Below are positions 1 to 9,988 of a stretch of DNA of 64,000 nucleotides, piece after piece. The translations under genes were made by a program, and so were the position numbers. The stretch covers positions 485 to 64,484 of the forward strand of contig CAVSLE010000002.1 of the NCBI GenBank assembly GCA_963728805.1, in the 5' to 3' direction. Every line of letters starts with the position of its first letter. Positions within the stretch are counted from its first letter, which is position 1. The notes under the pieces were generated by a model. The model ran no database searches and had not been told where the DNA came from. It saw nothing but the letters and a program-made list of their open reading frames with translations. Source of the stretch: an uncultured Acidobacteriaceae bacterium. Lineage in GTDB: Bacteria; Acidobacteriota; Terriglobia; Terriglobales; Acidobacteriaceae.

Positions 1-1
1 A

Positions 2-856
2 CTGGCGGAACTGGGTTTCGAGCTATGGATTGGAGATCCGGCCCAGATTAAAGCCGCACGAGTGCGGAAGCAGAAGACCGATCGTCAGGATGCGCAGCTG
101 TTGCTGAAGCTGCTGGTGGAAGAGCGCTTCCCACGCATCTGGATACCAAGTCCGGAGAATCGGGATGTGCGCCAACTGCTTTGGCATCGGCATCGGCTGG
201 TGCAGATGCGGACACGAGTCATGAATCAGTTGCAGGCGGTGGCTATGAATGAAGGAGTGCGACGCAAGAAGGCGCTGTGGAGCAAGTCGGGGCGCGCCCA
301 GTTGGAGTCCTTCGTGCTGTCGCCTTGGGCCAGCCGACGCCGGCAAGACTTGCTGGAGGTGCTGGACCGCTTGAACCCCACCATCGATGAGTTAAGCACG
401 GCGGTGGAGGAGGAAGCCAAGAAACGACCCGAGGTGCTACGGCTGATGACGCATCCTGGGGTTGGTGCGCTGACTGGCCTTGCCTTTGTGCTGATCATCG
501 GATCGGCGGAGCGTTTTGCTTGCGGCAAGCAAATTGGCAGTTACTTGGGGCTGATTCCCTGTGAAGACTCCAGTGCCAATCGACAGCGGCTGGGACATAT
601 CAGCAAGCAGGGCAACACGCTGTTACGTTTCTTGCTGGTGGAAGCAGCCCAGGCTGCTGTCCGTTGCGATGCGGAGTGGCGACGGAAGTATTTACACCTG
701 GCCATGCGGCGGGATCCCCGGATCGCCAAGGTAGCCATGGCGCGCAAACTCGCCGTCAGTTTGTTCTGGATGTGGCGCAAGGAATGGAATTACGAACAGG
801 TTATAAAGTTCGGTTCGCACGCGGGACAGTCCGACTACGTCCATGGTGTGAAGTAA
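2..856 (+). CDS. IS110-family (DEDD) transposase, 5' end cut by window edge
   Basis: ORF 62..856 stays open back to base 2 (LAELGFELWIGDPAQIKAARVRKQKTDRQDA). The C-terminal half has the Transposase_20-type signature HPGVGALTGLAFVLIIG...GKQIGSYLGLIPCEDSSANRQRLGHISKQGN typical of IS110/IS1111 transposases. Confidence 0.85.
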   Translation: MAELGFELWIGDPAQIKAARVRKQKTDRQDAQLLLKLLVEERFPRIWIPSPENRDVRQLLWHRHRLVQMRTRVMNQLQAVAMNEGVRRKKALWSKSGRAQLESFVLSPWASRRRQDLLEVLDRLNPTIDELSTAVEEEAKKRPEVLRLMTHPGVGALTGLAFVLIIGSAERFACGKQIGSYLGLIPCEDSSANRQRLGHISKQGNTLLRFLLVEAAQAAVRCDAEWRRKYLHLAMRRDPRIAKVAMARKLAVSLFWMWRKEWNYEQVIKFGSHAGQSDYVHGVK

Positions 857-1196
857 ATCACCGCCCACTTGATTGGGCATCCCGCTCCCTACGGAGGGAG
901 TTCGAAGTAGTAATCATGATCGACGTTGCGACCGGAGAGATGGTTGGGTCGGACTGAGTTCCACCTGAGAGATTACACGCGAGCCTTTGGTTGATGATGG
1001 CCAGCGATTTTTCAATGAGAGCGAAATGGCGCGCTCTTAAGAGCGGACGGAGTAGTGCGCCTCAAAAAGTGCTTGACAGGGGCAACATTGTTAGAGATGG
1101 ACGTATAACGCCCAAATCGCCCAACTGGCTTCCTCGCTGCTGATTGTCGCGGATTAGGAACGACAAACGCGCCAGCATCCCGCGGCTTCCAGTTTC

Positions 1197-2705
1197 CTAC
1201 TCGGCCCTGCGAAACAGCTTCGCGATGGCAGGCTTGGTTACTTTTCCCATCGCGTTGCGGGGAAGTGCGTCGAGCACGAGAAGGCGTGAGGGGAGTTTGG
1301 GGACGGCAAGAAATTCCTTGGCCCAAATGCGCAGCGACGGCAGATCGAGTGTGCCGCCATCCTTCAGCACCACCGCCGCGGCCACGCGTTCGCCCCACTC
1401 CAGGTCGGGCACGCCCACCACAGCGCACTCGGCGACCGCCGGATGCTGGCGCAGCGTCTCTTCAATCTCCAGCGCCGAGACCTTGTGCCCGCCGGTCTTG
1501 AGGATGTCAATGTTGGTGCGGCCGAGGATGCGATAGACACCGTTCTCGACGACGGCGGTGTCGCCAGTGCGAAACCAGCCATCACGGAAGGCATCGCGCG
1601 TGGTCTCGCGCTTGCCCCAGTATTCGGCAAACACGCTGGGACCGCGGACCTCGATCTCGCCCGAAGTTCCCGGCGCTACCGGTTGGCCGCTCTCGCCGAC
1701 AAGCTGTACCTCGACAGCCGGCAATGGCGTGCCGACGCTGCCCGGTACGCGCTGGCCACGTAAGGGATTCGACAGCGCCATGCCAATCTCCGTCATGCCG
1801 TAGCGCTCCAGCAGAGTGTGCCCAGTGATTTCCTTCCAGCGTTGCAGCGTGCTCACCGGTAGTGCCGCCGATCCCGAGATCATCACGCGCAGCTTCCCGC
1901 ACGCCGCGTTGAGGGTGGCGCGGCGCTCCGGCGCAGCCGCGTCCCAGGCGGCGATGAGCCTGACGTAAATGGTCGGCACTGCCATCAGCAGAGTTACGCC
2001 GCCACTGGCGATGCGCTCCCAGACGGCATTCGCGTCGAAGCGCGGTAGCATCTCGCAGGTCGCGCCTGACCATAGCGCGCAAGCAACCACGTTGATGATT
2101 CCATGCACATGATGCAGCGGCAAAAACAGCACGATGCGATCGTCTGCTGACCATTCCCACGCCTCGACCAGACTCGCGATTTGCGCGCTTACGTTGGCGT
2201 GGGTTGTCACCACGCCTTTGGGCCGGTTGGTGGTGCCGCTGGTGTAGAGAATCATGGCCCGGCGCTCGCTGGCCACGTCGGGCAGTTCCGCTGGCGTGTG
2301 CGGCAGAATCCGGTCGTACCGCAGAGCGCGGATTCCGCGGGCCTCGGCGATGGGCGCAAGCTGGGACTCCGTCTGAGAATCGAACACTAACGTGGATGCC
2401 TTGGTGTCGTCGATGAAGTATTCCAACTCCGAGGTCGGGGAGTTGAGAGGTAAGGGAACCGCAACGCCTCCGGCCCGCCAGATGCCCCACTTCACCGCAA
2501 CCCAGGGGAATCCCGGCGCCAGAAGAAACGCTACACGCTTTTCCTGCAGGTCATCATGGCCGGCGAGCAACTCCGTTGCCACCCGCAAAGACGCATCGAG
2601 CAAATCAGCGTAGGTGAAGGACCCCTGCCAATCGACAATCGCCGTGCGTCCGCCGTATCGCTCGGCCTGAGCGATTAGCGGAAGCGGACTGGCGCGACTC
2701 ATCAC
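1197..2705 (-). CDS. AMP-dependent acyl-CoA synthetase/ligase
   Basis: 502 aa ORF with AMP-binding motifs ILYTSGTTNRPKGV, GEIEVRGPSVFAEYW, FRTGD and a GRTNIDILKTGGHKV C-terminal domain. Confidence 0.85.
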   Translation of the reverse strand: MMSRASPLPLIAQAERYGGRTAIVDWQGSFTYADLLDASLRVATELLAGHDDLQEKRVAFLLAPGFPWVAVKWGIWRAGGVAVPLPLNSPTSELEYFIDDTKASTLVFDSQTESQLAPIAEARGIRALRYDRILPHTPAELPDVASERRAMILYTSGTTNRPKGVVTTHANVSAQIASLVEAWEWSADDRIVLFLPLHHVHGIINVVACALWSGATCEMLPRFDANAVWERIASGGVTLLMAVPTIYVRLIAAWDAAAPERRATLNAACGKLRVMISGSAALPVSTLQRWKEITGHTLLERYGMTEIGMALSNPLRGQRVPGSVGTPLPAVEVQLVGESGQPVAPGTSGEIEVRGPSVFAEYWGKRETTRDAFRDGWFRTGDTAVVENGVYRILGRTNIDILKTGGHKVSALEIEETLRQHPAVAECAVVGVPDLEWGERVAAAVVLKDGGTLDLPSLRIWAKEFLAVPKLPSRLLVLDALPRNAMGKVTKPAIAKLFRRAE

Positions 2706-2877
2706 AGGGCGACGTTACAGCGTCCCCGCCTGGTTGTCCACTTTTGACCAGGTCTGATCGTCAGGCCGGGTTCGGTGGTACTTGGCAATTCGGTCTGGAA
2801 GTTCTCACTTTGGAGCCATGGGTTATCATCGGTTGCGCCGGACGCGCAGGGAAATCCCAGCGCCGGCCGCCCCTGCG

Positions 2878-3705
2878 ATGAAGAAGACTGATTGGGACAA
2901 ACGCATCCAACGGGCAGAACATCTTGCCAGGCGCTATCCAAGCGCCGCCGAGGTCCTCGCCTTTTATCGCGACATCCTCGAATTTCAAAAAGCGTTGCAC
3001 ACCGACGTTGCGTCACCTTCCTCTGCCGACGTGAAGAGGCCTTTCCGTGAACGGCTCAACCTCGACATCGCATTGCAGCAGTTACCGGCATTGCTGGCGC
3101 TGGTGCAGCAGAAAGGGCCATCGAAGCTCGCACAGGAAGCTGCGGAAATCGGCGCTGGTAAATTGCATCCCGCTTCGTCGCCCTGCTATGCCTCTTCGGA
3201 AGAGCAACGCGAGATGCTGCGCAGTTTTTTGTTTTCCACGGAGCAGAACGTGGCGGCATCGAACAATTTCTTCGCGCGCGTTTTGCTTCAGCCCCAAGCC
3301 GAGCATCTTGCAACGACGCACAAGCCGGCATCCGTAAATTCCTCCAGCTCCTTTTGTCCGGTGTGCGGGGCGAGGCCACAACTGGCAGTGCTCCGTCCCG
3401 AAGGCGATGGTGGAAAGCGTTTTCTGCTCTGTTCCTTGTGTGCGACGGAATGGGAATTCCGGCGGATTTTGTGTCCAGTGTGCGGCGAGGTCGATCACCA
3501 GAAGCTTCCGCGCTACACGGCAGAAGACATGTCTGCAGTGCGGGTGGAAGCCTGTGATACCTGCAAGTATTACTTTAAGTCTGTGGATATGACTATTGAT
3601 GGCCTTGCAGTTCCAGTAGTGGATGAGGTGGCCACGGCGGCCCTCGACGTATGGGCGCTGGAACAGGGATTCAAGAAAATCAGCCTTAACCTGATGGGGT
3701 TCTAA
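2878..3705 (+). CDS. fdhE: Formate dehydrogenase accessory protein FdhE
   Basis: Paired CxxC motifs (CPVCG...CSLCATEW...CPVCG...CDTCKYY) in the FdhE arrangement, directly upstream of fdnGHI. Start moved to the ATG at 2878 (MKKTDWDKRIQRAEHL); the longer ORF start at 2782 is unsupported. Confidence 0.8.
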   Translation: MKKTDWDKRIQRAEHLARRYPSAAEVLAFYRDILEFQKALHTDVASPSSADVKRPFRERLNLDIALQQLPALLALVQQKGPSKLAQEAAEIGAGKLHPASSPCYASSEEQREMLRSFLFSTEQNVAASNNFFARVLLQPQAEHLATTHKPASVNSSSSFCPVCGARPQLAVLRPEGDGGKRFLLCSLCATEWEFRRILCPVCGEVDHQKLPRYTAEDMSAVRVEACDTCKYYFKSVDMTIDGLAVPVVDEVATAALDVWALEQGFKKISLNLMGF

Positions 3706-3960
3706 CCTGATAATTCGAATCCCGGGCATCGTTGTCGTGAGCCCGTGAATCCATTTGACCAGGACGGGTTGCCCGGTATACGCTCTTTCACATTGTTCGG
3801 GTCCCGTTGTTAGTCCCTGGTCGTAATCGAAACGGCTTGGTAGAGATGTGGACCACACTGCGCACACTTTTCTCGAGCCTTCAACCTGGCGCTTCCACAG
3901 CGCTTCCGTTCCATCCCTACACCAATTTGCGATTTCGACTTCGCCATGGAGGGCTGCGTA

Positions 3961-6900
3961 ATGGACGTATCTAGACGAACATTCTTCACGACCGGCATAG
4001 CTGGCGCTGTAGGCATCACGGTCTTCGGCTTTGATGCGCGGCCACTGATGGCGCAGGCTGCCGCTTTGAAGATTTCACGATCCACGGAGACGCGCAGCAC
4101 CTGTCCGTACTGCTCGGTCAGCTGCGGTGTCATCATCCACACCATTGGCGACAAGGCAAAAAACGTCACACCCCAGGTCATCCATGTGGAGGGCGATCCG
4201 GATCACCCGATTAATCGCGGTACCTTATGCCCCAAGGGCTCGTCGCTGCAGCAGGACATCCAGAACGAGCGCCGGCTACTGAAACCGCAGGTGCGGCGTC
4301 CCGGCTCGGACCACTGGGAAGACATCTCGTGGGACCAGGCCATCGACGAGATCGCGCGCCGGACGAAGACCATTCGCGACGCAAGCTTCACCGAGACTGA
4401 CGCCAAGGGCAACACCGTGAACCGCTGCGAGCAACTTTTCTTCAGCGGCGGCTGCACCGATACCAATGAGTTCAATTTCCTGGTCGTGAAAACGATGCGG
4501 GCTATGGGGGTGGTGCGCCTGGAAAACCAGGCGCGGGTTTGACACGGGCCCACGGTCTCAAGTTTGGGACCAACTTTCGGGCGCGGGGCGATGACCAACG
4601 GCTGGATCGACATGAAGAACACCGACATGATGCTGATCATGGGCGGCAATCCGGCTGAAAACCATCCCTGTGGATTCAAGTGGCCGGTCGAGGCCAAGCG
4701 CAATCGCAATGCGAAGATGATCGTGGTCGACCCGCGCTTCACCCGCACCGCCTCGCAGGCCGATCTCTTCTGCCAAATTCGCGCCGGCACCGACATCGCG
4801 TTTCTTGGCGGGCTGATCAACTACGCCATCGCGAACAACCGCATCGCGCACGAATATCTCGTCAACTACACCAACGCGGCATTCATTGTTAAAGACAGCT
4901 TCAAGCTGCCCGAAGACGGACTGTTCTCCGGCTTCGACGCCAATACCAAAACCTACGACAGGAGCACCTGGAATTACCAGGAAGGCGGCAACGAAACCGG
5001 CAAGTTCGTGCCCGCGGCGATGCCGGCCACGCAAGGCGCGCCGAACGGTGATAAGCCGCAGAGCGCCGTTCCGGCAGCAGGGGACGGCAGCGCGACCGGG
5101 CACTCCACCGAAGGACAGGGTCACCAGGCGGCGAGCCCGGCAGGCGCAAAGGCCATGGGTGGCGGACCGATTCCCCCTCCTTCCATGCCTCCGGATGTCG
5201 CTTACGATACCTCTCTCCAACATCCACGCTGTGTCTTTCAACTCTTGAAGCAGCAATACTCGCGCTATACACCGGAGATGGTCGCGCGCATCACCGGCAT
5301 TCCGCAAGACCAACTGCTGAAGGCGTACGACCTCTACACCTCAGTGCGCAAAAACGGCGACATGACGAAGGTCGCCACCTTCATCTACGCGGTCGGTTTG
5401 ACGCAGCACTCGTTGGGCACGCAGATGATTCGCACCGCGGCGATGATGCAGTTGCTGCTGGGCAACATCGGCCGCGCCGGGGGCGGGATCAACGCCCTGC
5501 GCGGGCACTCGAACATTCAGGGTGCCACCGACATGGCCGGCATCTTTGACATCCTGCCCGGATACTTGAAAATGCCCGCTCCCGCCGACAAGGACCTGAA
5601 GACGTACCTTGATCGCATCACGCCCAAGACCGCCAAGCCGAAAGAGTGGGACTCGTTCAATTACTGGTCGAACACGCCCAAGTTCATGGTCTCGTTCCTC
5701 AAAGCCATGTACGGGCCCACTGCGACGAAGGAGAACGATTTCGGTTTCAACTGGCTGCCCAAGATCGACCGCAACTACGCCTGGGTCGCAAACTGGAACG
5801 ACATGTACAACGGGCAGGTCAAGGGCGTCTTCGCCTTCGGCATGAATGGCGTGATGATCGGTCCCGATTCGAAGAAAAACATCGATGCGCTGAAGAAGGC
5901 CGATTTCCTCGTGGTCTGTGAAATTTATCCCGACGAAACCAGTGAGTTCTGGAGAGCTCCGGGCACAACGCCCGAGGAGATGAAGCAGATCAGCACGGTG
6001 GTGTACCGTCTGCCCGGCGCAGGATTCGCCGAGAAGGATGGAACCTTCGTCAACTCGGCGCGCTGGCTGCAGTGGAAGAATATTGCGCTGCCGCCTCCAG
6101 GCGAGTGCCGCCTGGACCAGGACATCCTGGCGCAGATTTTTCTCAGGGTCCGCGAGCTGTACAAGAAGGAAAGCGGTAAATTCCCCGACCCGATCGTGAA
6201 TCTCTCGTGGGCTTACACTATGCCCACGAACCCGTCGCTGGCGGAAGTGGCGAAAGAGATCAACGGGAAGGCGCTGGCGGATATCAGCGACGAGAAGCTG
6301 AACGTTTCGCTGAAGGCCGGACAGCAACTGCCCGGCTTCGCCCTGCTGCGCGACGACGGCACCACCATGTCGGGCAACTGGTTGTACTGCGGCTCGTGGA
6401 CCGAAGCCGGTGCCATGATTCAACGGCGTGGGACCGACGACCCGTCGGGGCAGGGAATTTATCCAAACTGGGGTTGGTCATGGCCCGCGAATCGGCGTGT
6501 GCTGTACAACCGGGCTTCGTGCGACCTCAGCGGCAAACCTTGGGATCCCAGCCGCAGGCAGGTGTGGTGGAACGCGGCCACCGACAAGTGGGTCGGTAAC
6601 GACGTGCCCGACTTCAAGGCGGATTCCAAGCCGGAAGACCACATGGGGCCGTTCATCATGAATCCCGAGGGCGTGGGTCGCATCTTTGTTCCGCTGGGCG
6701 CCATGGCCGATGGTCCCTTCCCCGAGCACTACGAGGCCATCGAAAGCCCGATCACGAATCCGTTGCATCCCCAGCAGTCGAACAACCCGGTGGTGAAAAA
6801 GTTCACCACACCAATGGACAAATACGCCAAGGCGAACGAAGGTTACAACATCATTTGCACCACCTATCGCCTGACCGAGCACTATCACTACTGGACCAAG

Positions 6901-7245
6901 AACAACCCCATGAATGTGGAGCTGGTGCCGGAACCGTTTGTTGAGATTCCTGCTGAACTGGCGGACGAGATGGGCATTCGCGGCGGCGAGAAGGTGAAGG
7001 TCAGCAGCATTCGCGCCGACTACATTGCCAAGGCGATGGTGACTAAGCGCATCAAGCCCATGATGGTCGACGGCAAAAAGACCTATCAGATCGGCATACC
7101 GATTCACTGGGGCTATCGCGGCATCGCCGAGGATGCGGGCAGGACAGCGAAGATGCCGGCCAACCGGCTGACCCCGACGGTGGTCGATCCGAATGCGTAT
7201 ACGCCCGAGTTCAAGGCCTTTTTGGTGAAGCTGGAGAAAGTCTAA
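3961..7245 (+). CDS. fdnG: Formate dehydrogenase alpha subunit (FdnG/FdoG type), selenocysteine-containing, Tat-exported
   Basis: ORFs 3946..4542 and 4564..7245 share one frame and are joined by TGA at 4540-4542: RLENQARV-U-HGPTVSSLGPTFGRGAMTNGW, the conserved Sec/Cys Mo-ligand context. It has a twin-arginine signal (MDVSRRTFFTTGIAG) and an N-terminal Fe-S motif (CPYCSVSCG). GGAGGG lies 7 nt before the ATG at 3961. Confidence 0.9.
4540..4590 (+). promoter_or_regulatory. UGA selenocysteine codon plus candidate SECIS stem-loop
   Basis: In-frame TGA at 4540-4542. Just downstream, ggtctc-aagttt-gggacc (4554-4571) can form a 6-bp stem with one G-U pair, possibly extended by gccc/gggc. The exact fold was not computed. 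Confidence 0.5.
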
Positions 7246-7257
7246 AGGAGGCACGGG

Positions 7258-8178
7258 ATGAGCGATCGCGGCACATTACGAATCCAGCGAATCTCGGGCC
7301 ACCCCGGGACAATACCTGGACAAGGAACGCAGCGGGAGGACACCGTCTGCAAGCTGATCGACACCACCACCTGCATCGGCTGCAAGGCATGTGAAGTGGC
7401 TTGCGTTGAATGGAACGACATGCCGTTCCAGACCACTTCCTTCGACAATACCTACCAGACGATGCCCGACACCGAGTGGAATTACTGGAACCTCATCAAG
7501 TTCAACGAAGATGAGCACTCCGACGGCAGCTTTGCCTGGCTGATGCGCAAGCACCAGTGCATGCACTGCGCCGATCCCGGCTGCCTGCACGCCTGTCCCG
7601 CCGACGGCGCCATCGTGCAATACGAAAACGGCATCGTCGATTTCCAGCAGGAGAACTGCGTAGGCTGCCAGTTCTGCGTGTCGGGTTGCCCGTTCAATAT
7701 TCCGAAGTTCAATCCCAACACAAAAAAGGTTTATAAGTGCACCTTGTGCTCTGACAGAGTGGGAGCCGGCCTGGAACCTGCGTGCATTAAAGCCTGTCCT
7801 ACCGGCTGCCTGCATTTCGGCACCAAAGAGGACATGAAGTTCCTGGCCGAGACGCGCGCCTCTCAGCTGCGGGAAGTTTCCGGCTTCAAGGACGCCGGCG
7901 TATACGATCCCAGCAGTATCGGCGGTACCAGCGTCATCTACGTACTGCACGATGCTACCAAGCCGGAGCGCTACGGCAATTTACCAAAGAACCCAACCAT
8001 CTCCAAGGCGTTCACCATTTGGAAGGACTGGTTCAAACCTGTGGGACTGTTCGGCGCAATGTTGGGCTTCGTGGGTGTGGTGATGCACTACGTGTTCGAA
8101 GGTCCGCGGCGTGAGCAGCCAACTCCTCCTGTCGTTGGAATTGAACCGCCAACACCTCCCGCGGGAAAGGAGAACTAG
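7258..8178 (+). CDS. fdnH: Formate dehydrogenase iron-sulfur (beta) subunit
   Basis: Four ferredoxin-type Cys clusters (CIGCKACEVAC, CMHCADPGCLHACP, CVGCQFCVSGCP, CTLCSDR..CIKACP) and a C-terminal hydrophobic helix. It starts 13 nt after the fdnG stop. Confidence 0.9.
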   Translation: MSDRGTLRIQRISGHPGTIPGQGTQREDTVCKLIDTTTCIGCKACEVACVEWNDMPFQTTSFDNTYQTMPDTEWNYWNLIKFNEDEHSDGSFAWLMRKHQCMHCADPGCLHACPADGAIVQYENGIVDFQQENCVGCQFCVSGCPFNIPKFNPNTKKVYKCTLCSDRVGAGLEPACIKACPTGCLHFGTKEDMKFLAETRASQLREVSGFKDAGVYDPSSIGGTSVIYVLHDATKPERYGNLPKNPTISKAFTIWKDWFKPVGLFGAMLGFVGVVMHYVFEGPRREQPTPPVVGIEPPTPPAGKEN

Positions 8179-8928
8179 ATGGCGACATCGGCCGATCGGT
8201 TCATACATCGTCCCAACGCGATTGATCGTCTGGGACGGACGGTTGTTTACGCAGGTGAATTGCTGCGTCATCCGGTGTACACACGCTTTCTCCACTGGAT
8301 GGTCGGGATCTTCTTCTTTCTTGCGCTCCTGTCGGGCTTCGGCATCTATCTGCCGTTTATTTTCCGCTTCTTCACTCCTCTGTTCGGCGGCGGAGCCATG
8401 ACCCGCTTGCTGCATCCCTGGTTCGGCCTGGCTTTCGTCTTTTTCTTTGCGCTGCAGGCGCTCAATTGGCTGCAGGTGATGCGCTGGACCCCCGCCGACT
8501 CCCGCTGGATGAAACGCATCAAGGAGTACGTCACCGAGACGGATTCCCCGGAACCCGCTGATGTCGGTTTCTTCAATGCCGGCCAGAAAATGCAATTCTG
8601 GGAGATTGTCTGCGGCTCCATCGCTTTCATCATTACCGGCATCATCATGTGGTTTCCGACGACTTTTGGGCGCATTCTGGTCTCGCTATCGTATGTCATC
8701 CACGACATATCTGCGCTCGTCATGCTGTTCGGTATTTTCTTCCACATCTATCTCAGCACCTTCGGCGAGCCCGGAACCATTCAGGCAATGACCCGCGGCA
8801 CGGTGAGCGAAGCCTGGGCTTGGACGCACCATCCTGCCTGGTACAAAGCGGTAACAGGCCGCGATCCAGTCGATGCCATCGAAGAAGCTAGGCGGCGTCA
8901 CACGGTCGAGCCTCCACGGACGCTATAA
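8179..8928 (+). CDS. fdnI: Formate dehydrogenase cytochrome b556 (gamma) subunit
   Basis: Multi-TM protein with conserved His residues (FLHWMVGIFFFLALLSG, HDISALVMLFGIFFHIY). The ATG abuts the fdnH stop. Confidence 0.8.
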   Translation: MATSADRFIHRPNAIDRLGRTVVYAGELLRHPVYTRFLHWMVGIFFFLALLSGFGIYLPFIFRFFTPLFGGGAMTRLLHPWFGLAFVFFFALQALNWLQVMRWTPADSRWMKRIKEYVTETDSPEPADVGFFNAGQKMQFWEIVCGSIAFIITGIIMWFPTTFGRILVSLSYVIHDISALVMLFGIFFHIYLSTFGEPGTIQAMTRGTVSEAWAWTHHPAWYKAVTGRDPVDAIEEARRRHTVEPPRTL

Positions 8929-8946
8929 GGCCGCGGAGCGGCATTA

Positions 8947-9888
8947 CTACTCCACACCACTCAAGTTGAGCCACTCGATTCCATGGCTCTGGAGGTTGAG
9001 TTTATATAGTCTATTTTCGCTCACGAAAATTGCGGTCTTACCGTCCGGAGCCGAACGGATCCCAGTTGCGTCGTCCCCAGGAAAGTCAGCGAGTTTGCCA
9101 ACCCTGCCAGTCTCGGTATCCACAACATAGATAGTGCAATGGTCGCGGCTCGTCACAACGGCGAGAATAGTCTTCCCATCTGGCATGTAACAGGCATCTC
9201 CCCAATATACTTCTGCTCTTGGCTCGTCCGGTACGTGGGCCTGGATAACGCGTCTCGCCGACTGAGGCTTGTCAATTTGATACACCTCAAAGAGACTGTC
9301 CGAATTTCTCGAAGTGCTAATCAGCAGCTCCTTCCCGTCGGGCGAGAGGCACAATGACTTCGCGTCGAAAAAATGCTGCTCTGTAATTTCGGCTACCTTA
9401 CTGTTCCTTAGATCGATTGAGAATAAGTCCAAATCGTGCCGCCTCTTCTTTGCAATCGGTGAGTAATGGCCAAAGTATCTTGCCCGTGCAAAATACACCG
9501 CATGCGTATCGGTCGCGAAGATCGGATACAGATCGTCACTGCTGCCTGAGGAAATCTGGTGCCCATTTGACCCATCCTCGTTCATAACGAAAAGCGCAGA
9601 TTTCGCGCCTGGCGCAGAGATGTACGAGTAAGCAATCAGCTTGCCGTCGGGGGAAAACGTGGGATCGGATTCACATCCGTTATGGGTCTTCGTCAGGCGC
9701 TTCGCATGTCCGCTAGCCAAATCAGCTTTGTAAATCGAGCATTCATTCCCATCGCCACGGGAGAAAACAATCGTTTTGCCGTCCGGCGAAAAACTGACCG
9801 GGCCAAATAGCAGACGATCTCCGGAGCCACGGCAGCTCGGCGCCAATAGCGCGCAGGAAAGCAAAACCATAACGCTTACAGGTTTCAT
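8947..9888 (-). CDS. TolB-like (PD40/WD40-like) beta-propeller lipoprotein
   Basis: Repeated SPDGK/APDGK propeller blades (SPDGKTIVFS, SPDGKLIAYS, SPDGKELLIS, MPDGKTILAV, APDGKTAIFV). The likely start is the ATG at 9888 (MKPVSVMVLLSCALLAPSC, signal peptide with a lipobox-like Cys). GC is visibly lower than in the neighbours. Confidence 0.7.
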   Translation of the reverse strand: MKPVSVMVLLSCALLAPSCRGSGDRLLFGPVSFSPDGKTIVFSRGDGNECSIYKADLASGHAKRLTKTHNGCESDPTFSPDGKLIAYSYISAPGAKSALFVMNEDGSNGHQISSGSSDDLYPIFATDTHAVYFARARYFGHYSPIAKKRRHDLDLFSIDLRNSKVAEITEQHFFDAKSLCLSPDGKELLISTSRNSDSLFEVYQIDKPQSARRVIQAHVPDEPRAEVYWGDACYMPDGKTILAVVTSRDHCTIYVVDTETGRVGKLADFPGDDATGIRSAPDGKTAIFVSENRLYKLNLQSHGIEWLNLSGVE

Positions 9889-9988
9889 CCACAGTTCCCA
9901 TTTTGCCTGCAAAAGCTGCACCATCTTATACTCATATCGCCTGCAAGCGACATCGTGAAAGCGCGCAATGTGCAATAATGACGCGGCT

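Noticed and set aside
3706-3945. Sigma54-type promoter upstream of fdnG (tggcgcttccacagc), and candidates upstream of atoE and after hypE (tggcaaccctcttggca, tggcacgagtgcgc)
   Set aside because: The -12 element is missing, or the GG/GC spacing is off by at least one nucleotide in every case.
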